Under the pieces are notes generated by a model. It had not been told where the DNA came from. It saw nothing but the letters and a program-made list of their open reading frames with translations, and did not search any database. Both the position numbers and the translations under genes were made by a program. A stretch of 64,000 nt of DNA, from the NCBI GenBank assembly GCA_964035545.1, contig OZ037767.1, forward strand, positions 11,852,581 to 11,916,580, given 5' to 3'. The DNA comes from Bugula neritina. Taxonomy: Eukaryota; Animalia; Bryozoa. Position 1 is the stretch's first letter. Every line of letters starts with the position of its first letter. This document shows, piece by piece, positions 47,801 to 59,800 of the stretch.

Positions 47801-50800
47801 AGGAATATAAGACTAGCCAATCAGATTAGAAAAAATAACTTACCAGAGTTAGAGTAAAACATTCTACACAATTCAGCTTACAGGAAGATGATGTCAATTA
47901 CAAAAAACTCACAATACATTATAACATGCATTGGGCTAAAACGGCAGATATTCGGATTCAAGTAGACTGTTTAAAGCCTATATGCTCAGAATTTCCCCGT
48001 ATAAATTCGTTTGTAGCAAGGAGTACAATGTTGAAAGATAAATTTCTACCGAGTTGTGATTTGTTTCACAGTAACAACAATATGCAGAATAAAACATTGC
48101 AGAAAGTAACAAAGGAAATAAAAAGAAAAGCAGTGAGTAGAGGCTGATTGGCTGAGAATGTTACCTGCCAATAGTAAGGTTAGCCTCAGCAAGCAGCTTA
48201 GAGATCTGTGCCATAGCGCCTTCGGTGTTTGTCTTCTCTTTCTGCACCAACTCGAGTTCCTCCTTTAAGGAGGCAGCGGACCTTTCCTTGTGCCGAGTCT
48301 CCTCTGTAAATTAAAGAGAACATCACTGAATGCAGAGTTTATGTGGTGAACAAGGGAGTACATCAACCCACACCGCTGTGTGTAAAGACAGTTTGTCATT
48401 CTAAATACAAGTCTTTCCCACTTTTGATTCATCTGGACATGTTTCACTGAAAACTACAAGCTTAGCAGAGTCACACTTTAGGCAACAGGCACATGAGGAG
48501 GGGGGGGGAGAAGAAGGGGTAATGGGGGGATGAATCCACAAAGCTTTAAAATATAACAAAATATTGAGAAATGTTTGCAGCAAGCAGAACAATTAAATGT
48601 AGGCTGGGGACCACATCCGGCCTTGGGGTCGCCTGTTGGACAGCCCTGATTTAAAGCAACAGAGATGCAAACTTCACTGTTGGTATATTGCAATAAACAT
48701 AAAAAAGAAACAAAAGAAAGTAAGTCTGAACGTGTTTAAAATCAGCTTCAAAGTAAAAACATATTTTTGCTAAATATTTAAGACCACAGCTGCAGTATAA
48801 TCAGTGACCCCGGACTGACCTTCAAGCCTGGCGATACTTTCCGTTGCTTTATTGTGTTCTTCTTTTAAAGTGTCGTATTCTTGAGTAACTTTACGCAACT
48901 CTGTCTTTGCCTGAAGAGACACAAATGTAATCATAGCGAGAAGATACTATTTCATGTACACAAATTACGTAGTGTGTGCGTTCGTGTGTGTGTGAGTGAG
49001 TGTGCATGTTCGTGTGAGTGAATTAGACTATAGGGCATTACTAACTTTCGAAACATCCAACAAAGCATCGATGGCCTGCTGTTTGGAGTTGTCATCTTCG
49101 TCATCGCTCTCCAGGCTGGTGGCATCACGCAGCTCGCTGACGCAGGTGCGCAGTATCTCAAGTTCGCCGTTCCTCAGTTCTAGGGTGCTGATCAGCTCTT
49201 CATTGGCAGCATTGGTTTTACTCACATCCTCTTCCTTTTCACTCAATCTGAAATAATGTCAGCATTAGACTCAACAATTCTGGAAACACAACAGTAGATA
49301 TGCCTGGTGCCAGGTGTTGTTGAAACTACAAGAAGCTGTTTTGAAGAGCTTTTATCCGTTACAGTTCACTGCTTACCAACACACAGACTTTGAAAAAGCA
49401 AACTTGTTTAAACTAAATGTTTTTAATGTCAAATTATGTTACAGTTTCACACACTAAATGATATTTCAGCAAATAAAACTTGTAAAATGACACATATTGT
49501 CTTACGAAATGTTACATAAAGTAAAACAGTTCATTGATGAAAATAATATCAATAATGCATTTTCAAAGTCGCCATAAGTTCATGAGTTTTGACACAGAGA
49601 CCAAAAAAATCGTGAAACCCACAAACCACTTACTGACTAGAAACTTTGTCTAATTTAGCTTGAGTATCCGCTTTTTCCCTTGATGTGTCGTCTAGCTCTC
49701 TCTCCAACTCCTCTATTTTTAGTCGAAGATCTTTCTCCTTGTTGCTAAAATCGGACTTCATGTCTTCAACTTCCTGTTTCAGCTGATCTGCTTCCTCTCC
49801 GCTCAACTGAGCGCTCTATGAACATGCGCAACAAATTCAGGCAAATGTTTTAGAATCAACAGAAAATTTCTATTTATTTATTTATAAAAGGTTTTGCAGC
49901 ATTTGATTTGCCAAATGTGCAGAATTTTGAGATAAAAAACATAAACTTGAAGCCAAAAAAGTTTCATTATTCAAAGCATGCTTATATGGTAAAACGGACT
50001 TCAATGAAATAGCAAGTTAACAAACCTTGTAATATAAAAAGCATTTACACTCGCCCAAGCGAATTTTTCTACTCTGCATTTAAAACTAAATCCTTGCTTC
50101 AAATAACTATGAGAGAAGCTCAGTGTCAATTGTACAATACACTTTACTAGTAGTTAGCATGAAACCAGACACTGTGAGTTGTCTTCATCATTCCATGACA
50201 GACAGGAGAACACAACTATGAATTGTACCACAAAAAGTGCAACAAATCAACAAGAGAGCAGTCAATATAGAGAAGCACTGTACGAGTCCACATGGTGCAT
50301 GCAATGAAGACACTCACATTTTGGAGTTTAGTTTCCGCTTCAGCAAGAGCCGCCCTGCTGGCCTCCAGTTCCACCTGGTGGTGCTGAGACTTGAGTAGCT
50401 CCGCCTCGTACAGATCCTGCTGGGACTTGGAGTACACCTGCCACTCGGTGACAAGTCCGGCATTCTGGTCACACTGAATACAAAAGAGAAACTTATTCAT
50501 TACAAAGTATCGCAAGAAGAATCTTAGCATAACTTGATATGTGATGGTCAAATCTCTGATAAATAAACTCAACTCAGGGCATACATAAACTGTTGAGTAG
50601 TTTAAATAACAGCAAACACACAATATAGAGATGTACTAGAGTGGAATGTAGACAGAGCAAATCTCAATAACTAACATTTCTTTAAAAGAGAAAGATTGAT
50701 AGGAGATGTAGTCAAGTATAGAAAGACATAACGTCAAGGGTAATACTTACTGAGGACTGATGGGTATAAAAATAAAAAAACATTTACATCAACATTGAGG

Positions 50801-53800
50801 GTTAACTATTGGATACGTCTAATAGCGCGCCACGCTGTTTCAGGGACCAGAAACTAAGAAACTAGGAAGCAATACCATTATAAAAAAAAACAATTTCTAT
50901 CGCAAGAGAAAAGCATTAGTAGAGCAGAGTAAAACTGCTCTAGCATATTGATACTAACTCACGCAGTTCTATTTACTTTAAATTTCAAGCTGATAAAATG
51001 TGTGACCTTGAAGGAGAAGAAGAGTGTATATATATGAAAGAAAATATGTTTGCATTGACAGCCTTTCACTAATCATTAAGGATAAAAATATACAACAACT
51101 ACACAGACAATACATAGAATACAATATTATAGAAACTACACATATATTATATAGATACTTTAGAAAACTACACAGATATTATATAGAAATATATAGAAAC
51201 TACACAGATATTATATAGATACTTTATAGAAACTCACATATATTATATAGATAATCTATAGAAACTACACAGATATTATATAGATACTTTATAGAAACTC
51301 ACATATATTATATAGATAATCTATAGAAACTACACATATATTATATTAATACTTTATAGAAACTCCAAGAAAAAAGCCAGAAATCAGGTGCCAACCCATG
51401 ATGTGATATATCTGAGGTATGAGCTGAGGTATACAGGTAAAACTCAGGTAAGTATAACAACTGTACGATGATTGGCTACATGTACCTGCGTCTGTACGGT
51501 CAGCACACTCTCCTCTAACGCCGCCTTCTGCTGCTCCAGGGCCGCCACGTTGAGTTGCAGAGAATTGATTTGAACCTGCAACTCACTTTTCTCCTCATTG
51601 GCAGACGCAATGCTATCCTGCGTAGATGTGAAGCAGCAGATTTAATCAAACTGTAACCTTGAAATTCATTTGTCTCACCCAGTTAGCCATGAAATTGAAA
51701 TACGGAATTAAAAATTTGCCACCAAACTTAACATTAGTCTTGTGCAAGTAAATAAGAGCTTTTAGTTTACTGAAATCCACAAAATAAATTACAACAATGA
51801 GAATAATTGGCAAGCAACACCTACTTTCAGCTCCTGTGCTTCACCTTGTGTTATTATAACTTCATTCTGCAAGTCTTTAATCTTTCGCTGGAGTTGCTCA
51901 GCTTCAGTTTGAAATATCGTGCTTTTCTCAAGCGCCTCGTAAGCAAACCCTAAGAAATAACAAAGATAAGCTAAATTTGTATAAATTACCTTATGTGATA
52001 AATCACCTACTCACAGTTCAAATGGCTAGTAAACTCCCCTTTGTTGATTACGCAAGTACAGCATTGATATCATTATATTATGATTTATAATTGGGAGTTG
52101 TGTCCCTGACTCAGCCAGCTAATAATAACACGCAATGAACAAATATTTCTATAAATAGACAATTTTGAGTCTGGTAAAACTGAACAAATTTCACCAAAAG
52201 TTATTTTCCAAACATAGAATCAACACGTTAGCAATGATAGTCTAAATTTAGAAGTATTCCATTAATTTAGTAAAAAAACCAACTATTTGAGTATTCCTGT
52301 GTAAGAATTAGTTTATACTAGTTTAAAGCAGCATGATATGGGTTTTATAGTTTTGAGCTAGTAATAAATAATAACCACAACAGGCAAAGTCTGGCAGATC
52401 TTATACATAAAATTATACATAAAACTGCTGCTCCAACAAAAAACATGAGAAGAAAACCTCTCGACTGACTACCTGATCACAGTATGCCTTGATAATCAAC
52501 TACTCCAGCAGTATTGGGACAGATGATATAATTGTAACTGGAGTAACCAAGCAGAGTTGGCCAACATAAATGAAGGAGCAAACACATACTTCAATATGTA
52601 ACACCATGTGTAGGCGAGGTAAACACTAAACTGTCAATTTGGAACTTTAAAAAGTGACCAGACACTTCTATCAACAGGTAGACGTAGCTCACTTTTCATT
52701 TTAGATGAGTTCACACATCCGTCTAGGCAAATGAGAAAGGCTACGATAGTGATATAGAAAAATATAGCCAAGGCTAGAGTAACGCCCACGCCGCCTAGCT
52801 TCACCATGTCGGCTCCACTGTAACCAAAGGGCTCTCTCGCCAGCATCGGCTGAAATGTGTCGGGAATCTAAGAAACAAACATAAAGAGAATAAGTGGACA
52901 TATGTACATCAGTAGAAATTACAGAAAGAGCGAAAACTCGACGGCATATATTGGAAGAAAAATTTTTGATCACAAAATAATGTCCACAGGACATATTGCT
53001 TACTTGAGAAGCGACCACCCATGCTTGTCGCTCAAAGCCATTCTCTAATTTAGCTAAGATTTCAGTGTAGACATATTTCACTGGTTCACCGGATGGACTA
53101 AGAGTGCGCGGGTAAGGTGATTCACCCTACAAATAATGAACACCTTGACAATTCAGCAGCCTCAAAACTTTGCGCAGAAAATATTTAAACTTGATAAGAG
53201 AAATGCCCCATACCTGCCCAGCAGCATTTTCAGTGGCTGTACCAGCAATGGGGGCAGTCTCGGAGTGCTCTTGCTTGACATCAGCGACCATTTCAACATC
53301 TTTTTCATCTTCCACAGCAAGCAAGTTTCTGCCAATATCAAGACTGGCATCCATTGGTTTATTCAATTCAGCTTCAGTCAAATGAAGCGCTGCCGAATCG
53401 CCATCAATATTTTTTGAAGAAGTATATATAAAATCATCTATGGCAGAGTCACTCTCTTCTTCATCAAAAAATAAGTCATCCGTATCAATGTCAGAAAGTT
53501 CAGGTGAACCCATTACTTGCTGCTGCTGCATGTCCAATGATGTCTCGAGTTCCATGCTGTTAGTGGGCAAGTCTTCTCGATTTGGAAGTTGACCAGTTAG
53601 ATGTTCACCACTCATGTTTAATTTATCTCCAATGGAAGTATCATCATTTCTCTCTGAAGCTTCTGGCGCTTTAAATTCAGGTTTTTCCCAAGCATTGTCA
53701 GCAGGAGATTCCTTCTGATCAATGTCAATTATTGGGGGGTCGACTTGATGCTGTGTCTTTTCTGAATCATTAGCATCTTTGAAACTATTCGGCTCATTGG

Positions 53801-56800
53801 GTTCTATTGGCTCATTGCTAGTTTCTTTAGGATCATCAACATTTGAAGCAGCTTGAGTATCAGTCATTGGAGTAGACGGTTTCTCACTACTATCTTGTTT
53901 AAAATCGGCTACATTATCTTGAGAGTTTTCAGAGTTGGTTGAAACAGAATCTTTTGGTTGAACATCTTCGCTGGTTTCATGAACATTTTCTTTGGTAATC
54001 GTACTTGACTCTTGTGACTTCGTTTCACCGCTCTCAGTTGGTTTGGTCTCTGGGTTCTCCACATCAGTTATATTTAAAATTGGGTCTGCAATTTCTGGTT
54101 CTTGCTCATTAGATTTAGGAAGTTGATCGCCATCTGGACTCTCAGCTTTAGATTGAATTTCTTCAACATCACCTTGCTGTTCACTCGACTGTACACTTTT
54201 CTCTACCTTATCTTCAGCTGGCAGCACTGATTCATTTACTGTGCTATTGTTTTCAACTGTTTGCTGCTTGAATTCATCTTTTTTTGTTTCATCCTGCTTA
54301 TTGATTACATCATTTGGTTTTGGCTCAATTATTTCTTGGTTGATATCACTTTCCTCTGACTCAATTGCTTTCTGATCAACATTGGGCTTTTCCAATGCTT
54401 CTGTTTCATGAGTGGAACTTTGCAATGGCTCTACTTCCTTTTGATCTGACTGTTTAGGTTTATCTTCTGCATCACTTCCTGTTGGCTTGTCTTCTTTCAA
54501 TGGTGGTTCCTGCATAGTTGTGTCAGTGTTTTCTGTAGAATCAACTTCAGTCTGACTTTCTTCAGTTTTCTTGGCTTCAACAGTTTCTTCAGCTTTTACA
54601 GCTTCCTTATTGTCAATATTCACATTAGCCTCAGAGGTCTCTTTGCTGGTTTCCATTGATACAACATCTAATTTTTCATCTTCATTAGTCTCTAATTGAT
54701 TCAAAATTTCTTTACCTTCATCCACAGGTATTTCGTTTTGATTTTTGATAAGTTGCTGTGGTTCATTGGTGGACTTTTTCTCTGCATCTTGTTCAACTTT
54801 TGCTTCATTATGGCTATCTGTGTGTTTGGTATGAGCTAAATTCTGGTCTTGTTCAGTTTTTATTACCTTTCCATTTTCAAAAGATACTTTGTCTGAACTT
54901 TTGTCTGATTTGATGTCATTTGAATCTGATTTATCAACTTCTGAATCATCTTGATCTATTTTAATCTGGTTAGCATCTAAACTATTTTGATCTTCAACTA
55001 TTTTAGTAGAAATTAAATCCTCAGCCTGCTTACTGTCTGCTTCCTTAAGAACTTCATTAGCTTCATCAATTTCAGTTGAATCTTGATTTATTTCAGTGCT
55101 TGTCCCAGTACTACTCTGATCTACATCAGACTTATTAATTGAAATGGTATCCTGGTTTGAAGCAGTTTGTTTGGTTTCGAGATCAGATTTCAAAGGTTCT
55201 GTTAGTTTATCATCTGATTCTGATTTTTTGGTATCGGATACATTTGCATCTGTTAGTTTCAGTTCCTTCAAATCTTGTTCTTTAGCTTCCTCTTTTTCAG
55301 GCTGAAATGTATCTTCACTAGGCTTTTTTTCTGCATCTTCACCAATTGTTTTTATACCATCATCTTTTAAATTTGATTCAGTCTTTTCAGCACCATGCAC
55401 TTCTGAAGGTTCTTTTTGTTCCTGATTTGCTTCTGCTAGATTTGGCTTATCTCCTTCGTTTGGTTCTTTATTTGCCTCCACTAGGTTTACTTGACCCTCT
55501 TCATCTTCTTTTAGTCCTTCATTGGCTTCTGCTAGATTATTTTCATTACCCACATCTTCTTTTGGCTGCATATTTAATTGCAATTTTTCGCCAACAGATT
55601 GGTCTGACTTTTGGTCTATCTGGTCAATTTTTTTATTTTCACTAGAAATTGCTTTATTGAGACTTTCATCTTGACTTGGCACTTTCCCTTCAGCTGTTCC
55701 TTCTTGCTCTGCATCTTCACCATCTAAAGTATTTAAAATAAATGTTTACGCTCGATACAAGACCAAAAAATTTTAAGCCAGCATGTGACAATAAACTATT
55801 GCACATAACTAAATCTATTGTCAACTATAAACTCCATAAATCTGTGCATCATTTGATTAGCTTAATTGTATTAAAAACCATAAGAGGTAAACTATGTATA
55901 TAAAATACAATGAAAGATAACTTGGTACCAAAAAATGATCCAGGTTTTTGGGATGTTTACTTTTATCTTGAAGGGTTATAAACCAAAATAAAATTACTAT
56001 TATTATGTAAAATTTGACAAGAATTGGTAACTATTAGATTGGTATCTAATTTTCTATTTTCAGATGAAGCAGAACAAAATAAAGTGTGTCAATATACAGA
56101 TAAATTAGAAATAGCCATGCACTGATATTATAAATGTGTAAAAAATTAAAAAAAAAGAATTGAATTCAATCTAAAACTATTATGTAAAGAGTAGCCTATA
56201 GGTTAATTTGATTATAGTATAATCTCATGGTCACCATATAATACATTGACTGATTAGCTTATAATCAAGTTCTCAAAATTGATATTCCATGTTAGCTGAT
56301 GAAATTAGAGATATACAACACCAAGATAAAAATAAGCTTTAGCACAGTTTGTCTTTTAGTCATTTAAATTCACTCACGTGCACCGAGAGCCAGAATAAAA
56401 ATCAGAAAAGTTAAGTGAAGTTTGATGATCATCTCTTGTACTCAAAAAAGTCTTTAGCTAGAGTCTACGTTGTTTATTCAACAGAATAATCAAAAACTTT
56501 GTGTAAGAATGTAAACAATCCAATAATGGAATTGTTTGTTTTTCCAAATGAATCAACTATTGTAGAAATTAGTATCTATTATTACATGCAATACTTTTCA
56601 ACAATTACACGCATGCTTATAAAACCCAACATTATTGGCCTTCAACATGGGATCATTAAATCCATCTTCCATGTAAAAATAACAAAGATAACTTAAATAT
56701 TGAAATATACCAGAAACAACCAGAAATCTGTCAACATACTTGAAATTAAAATTGAGAAAAGATCAGCAGGTCAAATCAACATGATAATTACACATTTATA

Positions 56801-59800
56801 ATTACTTTCAAGGTAGTACCAAAATTCTAAAAGCACGTTAATGGTCATGCACTAAATGAAGATGTATATTCCAATTTGCTAGTAAGTGACAGAAAGGTTT
56901 CTATATTAGCTAGAGTAAGGGTGGCTAGGGTGAGGGGTAATTATAGAAATAGCATAGCAGCAATATAACAGCTGAAACATCACCTGATCTTGAAAACCAG
57001 CTACTTATTCTACCAAACAGTCCTACATCTATATGATGGTAAAATATCGAATTTCAATTCAAATAATCAGAGATAATATTGCAAAAATGAAAACAAAATA
57101 CAAGTAAATTAGATCATTTAGTAATATAATCTCAAACTATAATCATAATAATTTATAAAGCTAGTATTCAAGTAAAATAACATAAATTTACTCTTCTACT
57201 TCTATTCCCTTAAACATTCATCATAAGTGAATAAACCTGTATAAAGTTTAAAGTAAATATATATATTAGACTAGAGCTAGAGCCTCTTTGACTTTATAAC
57301 TGGGACAATAACTCCTACCAAATATGAACATCTTGCAGACAAAACAAGAAATCATAATTCTGACAGGCATTACTTCAAACTCTGATAACTCTGGTAAAAC
57401 ATTGCAAACTCAACTCAAAGTATGTTGAAATATTCTCAATTACTTATATATTAATGAACATATTAAAGATAGATTTCACTGATTGGGAAAGATGAATGAA
57501 ATTTGTTATGGTGTTGAAGCAACATACTTATTGAGTCTCTATAAAGTAAAATTGTGAAATATGTGATACTAATTGTAAAACAATTTATTAAAAGACATAT
57601 TTTCAAACTGAAAGGTAGACAACTACCATAAAGCAATAAAATAATTCTAGATTCTAGAGTCTAGAGCCTTGAAAAAAATTCTCAATTTTTTCTTGAATCA
57701 TTTTTAAAAACAGACAAGGGATTTAGCTATGAGTTTAAATTAAATGGTATCCAACTATTAAAAAAACTCCAGTTCCTAAAACTTTGTAGACTTTATTTTG
57801 GAATCTACAATAGGCTACAGCTTTTTATAAAATACAAAATATATCAATATTTTCATCTAGTAGACATAACGTAGGCCAAATATTTTTTAAGAATAGTCTG
57901 ATACTTTCTAAAACCACATTTTAATGTTAATATACTATCATAGTGCTTTATTGCTGCAGGTCCCCCTTTCAACCTTTATTTCCTATACATATTTTAAATA
58001 AAAAATGACAATACCACCCAATGTTATAATAGGAATTTGAATACTTTTTAACATAAGTTACAATTTCGCCAGTGTCATAGAGGAAAATGACCCATATTAC
58101 TTTACAGCAGAAACTTTTCCAAACCTATGTTCTCAAGGCACAATCTAACCACTTCACTTGCCAGGGAGTTGAGGGAGTAAAAACTAGTCTAATGATTATT
58201 GCTCTACCAACGGGATGAAACAAGCGCTTTATATTACTTGAGCAACAAACTGCTACTTGGGTACTAAACAAAGAGCAAAGCTTCCAGTCTAGAATGACAG
58301 GTTGAGAGTAAACTTTAGGCACAGAGATTAGAAAATACTATGAAATATAAGCCTCCAAATGCACAGGTCTACTAAATGTTGCTGGAGTTAAAGCTGCTAA
58401 GAACAAAACAATATAACAGAACAATCACAAAAAGATGCTTTATGACAAACATACCTCCATCAACAGCATCTGTGTTTTCATCTACTTTAGCCTAAAATAA
58501 AATAAATATTCTACTAAACAAAATTAAAAGCAACCATAGTAATAAAAGTTTTTAATAATTGCACTAAGAACGTGATGAAGCTAGGAAATCTGCTGCACAA
58601 GTGTTTCAAAAAGTATAAACTAAATTTAACTAACATGAATATCAACCAAACCTAAAGACACTAAAATGAAAGAAGATTGAACTTTGTTGCAGCTTATTCT
58701 AGCTTCACTAGCAGTACCAAATACCTACCAAACCAACTGCAAAATTACAAATTCACTTGACTTATACTCACATCAGCATCAACAGGGGGTGTCGGTTGTA
58801 TTAACGTCTCTTTATCCGCAGAGGGATCTATCGGAGCGGTCGGAGAGATGTCTTCTAGTGGATCAGGAGAATCACCATCTACATTATCAACAAGTACTTT
58901 GTTAGACAGAGGTAATAATTAAGAATTGATTACGTAAAGTTGCTAGCACTAACTGCTGACGCACACTGTAATTTAGAAACTGCACTCAACAAACTAAAAA
59001 AGCAGAAACTAGTCTCCTTCACTATAATGGCACACACAAACTACGCCAACAGAATGCTGTAAACACAAAAGTGGAAGTGTAGGAAGGAGAGAACTCAGAA
59101 GCTGGCAAATCATGTGGCAAACTGTGAAAACTGAAAGACAGTCACTCCCTTGGCAGACTACAACTGCATACCACTGATTGGTGAGGTGAGTCCGACACCT
59201 GCAGCAGATCTAATAGAAACAGGGTTGGCCGAGATCTGTCTCATTTTAGCCTCTCTCTTGGCAAAGGCATGACGTCTGGCAGTTATCAGCTCCTGCACTG
59301 AACGCTTTTCTTCTCCCAACAGTGTGTTTAGTACTTCTTCAGCAGAACTGCTTGTTTCAGCAGACAAATGTTTGGTACTAACTGTTTCATCAACCTTTCC
59401 TGTAGAAGCTGCATTAAAACTTTCCATATGACGTTCTCTTTCTAGTGACGACCAATCAGAGAAGCACATCTGCTCCATATTAAGAAATGCTAGAGAAGGA
59501 CAAGTTCCAGCAACATTTACAGCATCTTCAGCTCTGCCCACAGTAGAATCTGAAACAGATTTTTCAGGACTTTCCTGCTGATAACCGTCAGCATTTTGAT
59601 TCGTCCGTCTTGAAGGAACCTCATCACTTTGTGAGTTAGCTAGTTGATTAAACTCCCTCATTGTATGGCCCAGCATAACATCTTTCAAAGAGGGAAGTAA
59701 TGTTCTGGGAGAAAGAACAGCAGTGCGCTGATTGGTTGAAGGAGGTTGATGAGATTTGTCCACAATAGAATATTTTGCAATCTTGTTTAAAGCTAACTGT

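Noticed and set aside
52470-52630. Possible extra TANGO1 exon (cag...gtagtc)
   Set aside because: Stops in all three frames; the flanking exons already join in phase
53127-55682. 851-aa acidic ORF as a stand-alone novel gene
   Set aside because: It is an internal TANGO1 exon (55723-53214) with phase-compatible splice sites; the ORF-track start and C-terminal tail are artefacts
58370-58454. Readthrough of the 58455 donor giving a hydrophobic tail (GMFVIKHLFVIVLLYCFVLSSFNSSNI*) as an alternative membrane anchor
   Set aside because: T-rich intron sequence translates as hydrophobic by default; no independent support
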